From positions 108,842 to 172,841 of the forward strand of contig OZ219801.1 of NCBI GenBank assembly GCA_964291655.2: a DNA stretch of 64,000 nucleotides, in the 5' to 3' direction. The position numbers and the translations under genes are program-made. This document shows positions 60,829 through 64,000 of the stretch, one piece after another. Position 1 is the first letter of the stretch. The number at the start of each line of letters is the position of its first letter. The DNA comes from Chloroflexota bacterium. GTDB lineage: Bacteria > Chloroflexota > UBA11872 > VXOZ01. The notes beneath the pieces are model-generated. The model did no database searches. It worked only from the letters and a program-made list of their open reading frames with translations, and was not told where the DNA came from.

Positions 60829-61644
60829 CTACTCTAAGCCGAAGATCGTATCCAAAGATTCAGCCATTATACGCACGCCCAACTCTGGATTGTGGCGCAT
60901 GGGCCCGATCTCAACGGTTACATAGTCGTCATACCCAATCTCGTTCCACGCCTGTCGCACGGCGGGCCAATTCACATCGCCTTCCAACAAGGTAGTAAAG
61001 TGGCCGCCGGGCCGTTGCGCAACGAAGTCCTTCACATGGCACTTCTTGATGCGCTTGCCCAGAATCCGAATCCATTGCTCCGGGTAGCCGTAGGCAAGGA
61101 TATTGCCCACGTCAAAGTAAGCGCCGACGTGGGGATCATTGATTTCGTCAACGAACCGAGCAAATTCAAGCGGGCTCAGCAAGAATTTATTCCACACGTT
61201 CTCTACGCCAATCGACACGCCCAGGCTTCTCGCTTTGGGAACAAGACCCGCTAGCGCGTCGCGTGCACGGTTGTACGCATCGTCGTAGGCGGTGGTTTCA
61301 TCGACCACTCCCGGCACAATGAGCAGAGTGTTCGCGCCAATCTCATGCGCCACTTCCAGCATGCGCTCGTTGATGCGCGCCGCATTGGCGCGTACGTCCG
61401 GGTCGGCAGACGTCATGAGAACCTGCCAATTCAAGCTGGTATATAAGCTGGGAAGTTCTATACCAATTGACTCGGCATGTTTCCTGATGGTGCCCAACTC
61501 GTCGTTCGTGAGGTTGACATGCAAGTATCCTTCATTGCCAAATGTCAACTCCACACCATCGAAGCCCGCTGCTTTAGCCGTATCGAGAATTTGCGCAGGT
61601 TGCCAGTCTTGCGGCAACGCTCCCCGGTTAAGACCCTTCTTCAT
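60829..61644 (-). CDS. Sugar-phosphate isomerase/epimerase (xylose-isomerase-like TIM barrel)
   Basis: 271 aa. ATG preceded by GAGGGAAA. Blocks FDGVEL, LLIVPGVV, IGVENVWN, YFDVGN and HVKD. Confidence 0.8.
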   Translation of the reverse strand: MKKGLNRGALPQDWQPAQILDTAKAAGFDGVELTFGNEGYLHVNLTNDELGTIRKHAESIGIELPSLYTSLNWQVLMTSADPDVRANAARINERMLEVAHEIGANTLLIVPGVVDETTAYDDAYNRARDALAGLVPKARSLGVSIGVENVWNKFLLSPLEFARFVDEINDPHVGAYFDVGNILAYGYPEQWIRILGKRIKKCHVKDFVAQRPGGHFTTLLEGDVNWPAVRQAWNEIGYDDYVTVEIGPMRHNPELGVRIMAESLDTIFGLE

Positions 61645-61723
61645 GGTTTCCCTCTACTCTTTATTGCCCCCATTTCATGTCGACTCAAGTACTAGCGCTT
61701 ACCTCAAATAAGAACATCATTCC

Positions 61724-61743
61724 ACATGAAACAGGTTTCATGT
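61724..61743 (-). terminator. Weak terminator candidate downstream of the 541-codon ORF
   Basis: Hairpin acatgaaac-ag-gtttcatgt. On the - strand it is followed by a moderately U-rich stretch (ggaatgatgttcttatttgagg). Confidence 0.3.
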
Positions 61744-61843
61744 TGAGAAGTCAAAGGAAGTCTTCCTGCTTCACCCAAAAGAGGAGGTCGAGTCTCGGAG
61801 GCGTAAGTACAGTCCTTGGACATGACCCAAGTCAACGCCACAA

Positions 61844-63469
61844 TCAACATTCAAGCACTTGCTTCCCTACAGAATCCAGCCAAGCCTTGTTCCAGGCTAT
61901 GCGCCACTTCCCCCTCGTCTCAATCGTAGAATCCAAAATATCTGGCGCTCTAAGGCGACTGATCCTCTGAAGTCTCACTGTACAGACCAAGTCGTCACCA
62001 AGACCGAAAATTGAGAGCCTTCGCCGCCGGTAATCTCGTCTGAATACGTTGATTTGAGCATAACCAATCGGCAGCAATCCCGCGAAGCTAAAGGAGCTTG
62101 TTCTACGCGCATTTCTCTTACCATTCTTGACAATGCGCCCACAGTTGTCACGGATAATACCTACCAGTTCTTGATCGGCAACTCCCTCAAGCACGACACT
62201 GCCCCACAAAACGGCACCCCAAGAGTTACGGTGCACGGTGGCGGATCTACAATGCATTAATGGTTTTCCTAAACTCTCCCTAAACTTCTGGACGGCAATT
62301 GGAATAGTGATGCGAAAGCTCGTAGTGTAAGTGTCCACCTTAGCGAGTAAAGCAGGCAACTTAGGTCGAGGCTCATAATAGAAGATATTGTCTTCAAGAA
62401 CTCCCTGATACGCCGAAAGAGTATCTGCTCCACTTTCTCGCAAATCCCTTAGCTTTTCCCCGTCAAAGGCCGCCCAGCCCTGTAATGCCTTACGCGAGTG
62501 CAGCGAGAAAAAGTATCGGTCGTATCCTGGCGCCAGACTCTCACTCAGAATGCCACTTTGGACAGTTGACCAGAACACTTTCCACTTGTCCCGCGAATCT
62601 GGCCTCGCATAGATAGTCAACTGCGATCCACCAGCGATCTCAGCTTCGACGCAACCTTCAATTGCCCACCAGGGTGCCCTAGTATGTTCTTGAAGTACCT
62701 CAATCATGAACTCTCGCGGCCGCACGTAATCTTTACTCGGTGAATTAAGTAGGAACACTTTGAGCGCCGCAGCTATTCCATTGCATGAATCCAATAAGCC
62801 ATCGAAGAGTTGGATCAAGTACCCTGTGTCGAGGGTTTCCTCATTTCCTTTCAGGTCGCGGTAGCGAATCCCTCGTTGTAGAAAAGTAATGCCACCGTGG
62901 GCGACGCCATTGCGGACTGTGTGTTGATAATATTCACTTAGATGCTCTTCACTTTGGCCCTCTATTTCGTCAACAATCGACCAGACATTTAACCCACTTA
63001 CACACTTACCGCGATGTAGCCGGGAAAAGTAGGCTAAGGGCCGAAGAAGTGGAGTAAAGACCCCCTCCACCAATCGTAGGTACGCTGGGTGGACATGTTT
63101 GTCGATCACTCTGATCAAGTCATATTCGTCTCCCTCAGAAAGGCGGCCGTCGTGCCATCCTTCCATGTTTAGTTCCCTAAGGAAGAGCAATGCACGATTG
63201 ATCTCTAAACTGAACTGAGCGAGGTATTTCCTCAGTTGTTTCGAACATATCTGATCCTGTCTTTGGAGCCAGTACAGATAAGTCTCATAGGCATCTCTAT
63301 CGAAGAATTTCTCGGGACGGCTGTGAAGATATCGCCGTAGTACCAAAGAGTGATGCTCTGATTCTGCGCCTAGTATGGTGAATACTCTAAGGATACGCGC
63401 TATATCGCGTTGATCTCGTTCCTTAGTAAGTGGGTTTTGAATTTTATCTAAAAGCTTCTCATTTAGCAT
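61844..63469 (-). CDS. Orphan 541-aa protein; helix-rich N-terminal half with an R-x4-H (HEPN-type) motif; function unknown
   Basis: Longest ORF in an AT-rich island, ATG 63469. Motif TVRNGVAHGG (R186..H191, nt 62897-62914). No other family signature recognised and no Shine-Dalgarno. Confidence 0.6.
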   Translation of the reverse strand: MLNEKLLDKIQNPLTKERDQRDIARILRVFTILGAESEHHSLVLRRYLHSRPEKFFDRDAYETYLYWLQRQDQICSKQLRKYLAQFSLEINRALLFLRELNMEGWHDGRLSEGDEYDLIRVIDKHVHPAYLRLVEGVFTPLLRPLAYFSRLHRGKCVSGLNVWSIVDEIEGQSEEHLSEYYQHTVRNGVAHGGITFLQRGIRYRDLKGNEETLDTGYLIQLFDGLLDSCNGIAAALKVFLLNSPSKDYVRPREFMIEVLQEHTRAPWWAIEGCVEAEIAGGSQLTIYARPDSRDKWKVFWSTVQSGILSESLAPGYDRYFFSLHSRKALQGWAAFDGEKLRDLRESGADTLSAYQGVLEDNIFYYEPRPKLPALLAKVDTYTTSFRITIPIAVQKFRESLGKPLMHCRSATVHRNSWGAVLWGSVVLEGVADQELVGIIRDNCGRIVKNGKRNARRTSSFSFAGLLPIGYAQINVFRRDYRRRRLSIFGLGDDLVCTVRLQRISRLRAPDILDSTIETRGKWRIAWNKAWLDSVGKQVLEC

Positions 63470-63472
63470 TTG

Positions 63473-63676
63473 TCAACAACCAACAAGAGTGATGTTCGAA
63501 GAGTGAGTCACGAGAAACCGCAACAAATGAAGCATTTGAACAATCAGTGACCCGAGAGACTCTAGTCTCTGCCACAACCATGCGACAGCCACCTTGAAGT
63601 AGTCGCTCGAATCGCCTCTTGCTATTTCCATTGCAGTCCAAAGATCGTGAACATTGTAGACGGTGGAATTCTCCAA
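63473..63676 (-). CDS. 67-codon ORF in the same frame as the 541-codon ORF, separated from it by one TGA plus one sense codon
   Basis: TTG start (first in-frame ATG at 63631). Ends TGT TGA CAA ATG. Could be a small coupled gene or the severed N-terminus of a 609-aa protein. Confidence 0.3.
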   Translation of the reverse strand: MENSTVYNVHDLWTAMEIARGDSSDYFKVAVAWLWQRLESLGSLIVQMLHLLRFLVTHSSNITLVGC

Positions 63677-63894
63677 CAGGTGGTTAGAGCCTGGCTAAAT
63701 TGAGGAACGCCGAGTACCGGAATCATGTGTGTATTGTGTACCACGTTTAGTTAGAAATACAAGCAGTTGTTGGCTTAAGAATCTGATTGTACAATGATTC
63801 TTGGAGGGAATTTTCTCTCGCCTCAAATACGATCAGGGTTAGGAGAAAGCAAAATAGCACTCCTCTCTGCTTCTGCCGCTGCTAATGTGACTTG

Positions 63895-64000
63895 ATGTTC
63901 CGTAAGTTTGGGCGCCTTATCGTGCCCCTTCGCATCCCGTTGCTTGTCTTTTGGATCGCTCTGGCGCTTATCCTCGGCTTTACGGCGCCATCTATCAGTG
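63895..64000 (+). CDS. N-terminus of a membrane protein, MMPL/RND-transporter-like (3' end outside the window)
   Basis: ATG 63895, MFRKFGRLIVPLRIPLLVFWIALALILGFTAPSIS: basic N-terminus then a TM helix, as at the start of MMPL-family transporters. Only 35 codons are visible. Confidence 0.4.
   Translation, partial: MFRKFGRLIVPLRIPLLVFWIALALILGFTAPSIS

Noticed and set aside
63473-63475. In-frame TGA as selenocysteine or an alternative genetic code
   Set aside because: Many well-supported genes in this window terminate at TGA (for example sdhB, the VOC gene at 34211 and the AT-island upstream ORF itself). I saw no stable SECIS-like hairpin immediately downstream. A nonsense mutation or gene coupling is more parsimonious.

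Overview
High-GC chromosomal segment (hand counts of single 60-nt lines in housekeeping genes give about 65-67% GC), densely coding on both strands. Gene content and the abundance of GC-rich intergenic hairpin repeats suggest an aerobic heterotroph, possibly Chloroflexota-like; this is inference only.

Most of the window is ordinary core or accessory metabolism:
- SdhB plus an HdrB-like CCG subunit, malate dehydrogenase and aconitase.
- A split transketolase, AccD/AccA, and thiolase plus reductase plus CoA-transferase.
- NagB, RsmG, LepB, RadC, an NfeD/SPFH pair and a YyaL-like thioredoxin-domain protein.
- One tRNA-Leu(CAG).
- Six Gfo/Idh/MocA oxidoreductases, including an ungapped 79%-identical tandem pair, with two TIM-barrel isomerases, two VOC proteins and two paralogous orphan solute-binding proteins.

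I found no rRNA, CRISPR array, transposase, catalytic integrase domain or classical HTH regulator.

The best candidate for something new is an AT-rich island at about 61.6-63.9 kb. It carries one 541-codon orphan ORF with an R-x4-H (HEPN-type) motif. A 67-codon ORF precedes it in the same frame, separated only by a single TGA. This may be an uncharacterised defence or abortive-infection-type gene, or a recently inactivated one.

The second candidate is a protein directly downstream of the tRNA-Leu that fuses an integrase-type SAM-like core-binding domain to a complete GreA-like factor.

The spacers also hold at least five families of REP/MITE-like hairpins. These include a 71-bp tandem array and a nested inverted-repeat element lying exactly between the tandem paralogues.

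All family calls rest on motifs read by eye. Start codons are often uncertain because the ORF track uses alternative starts.
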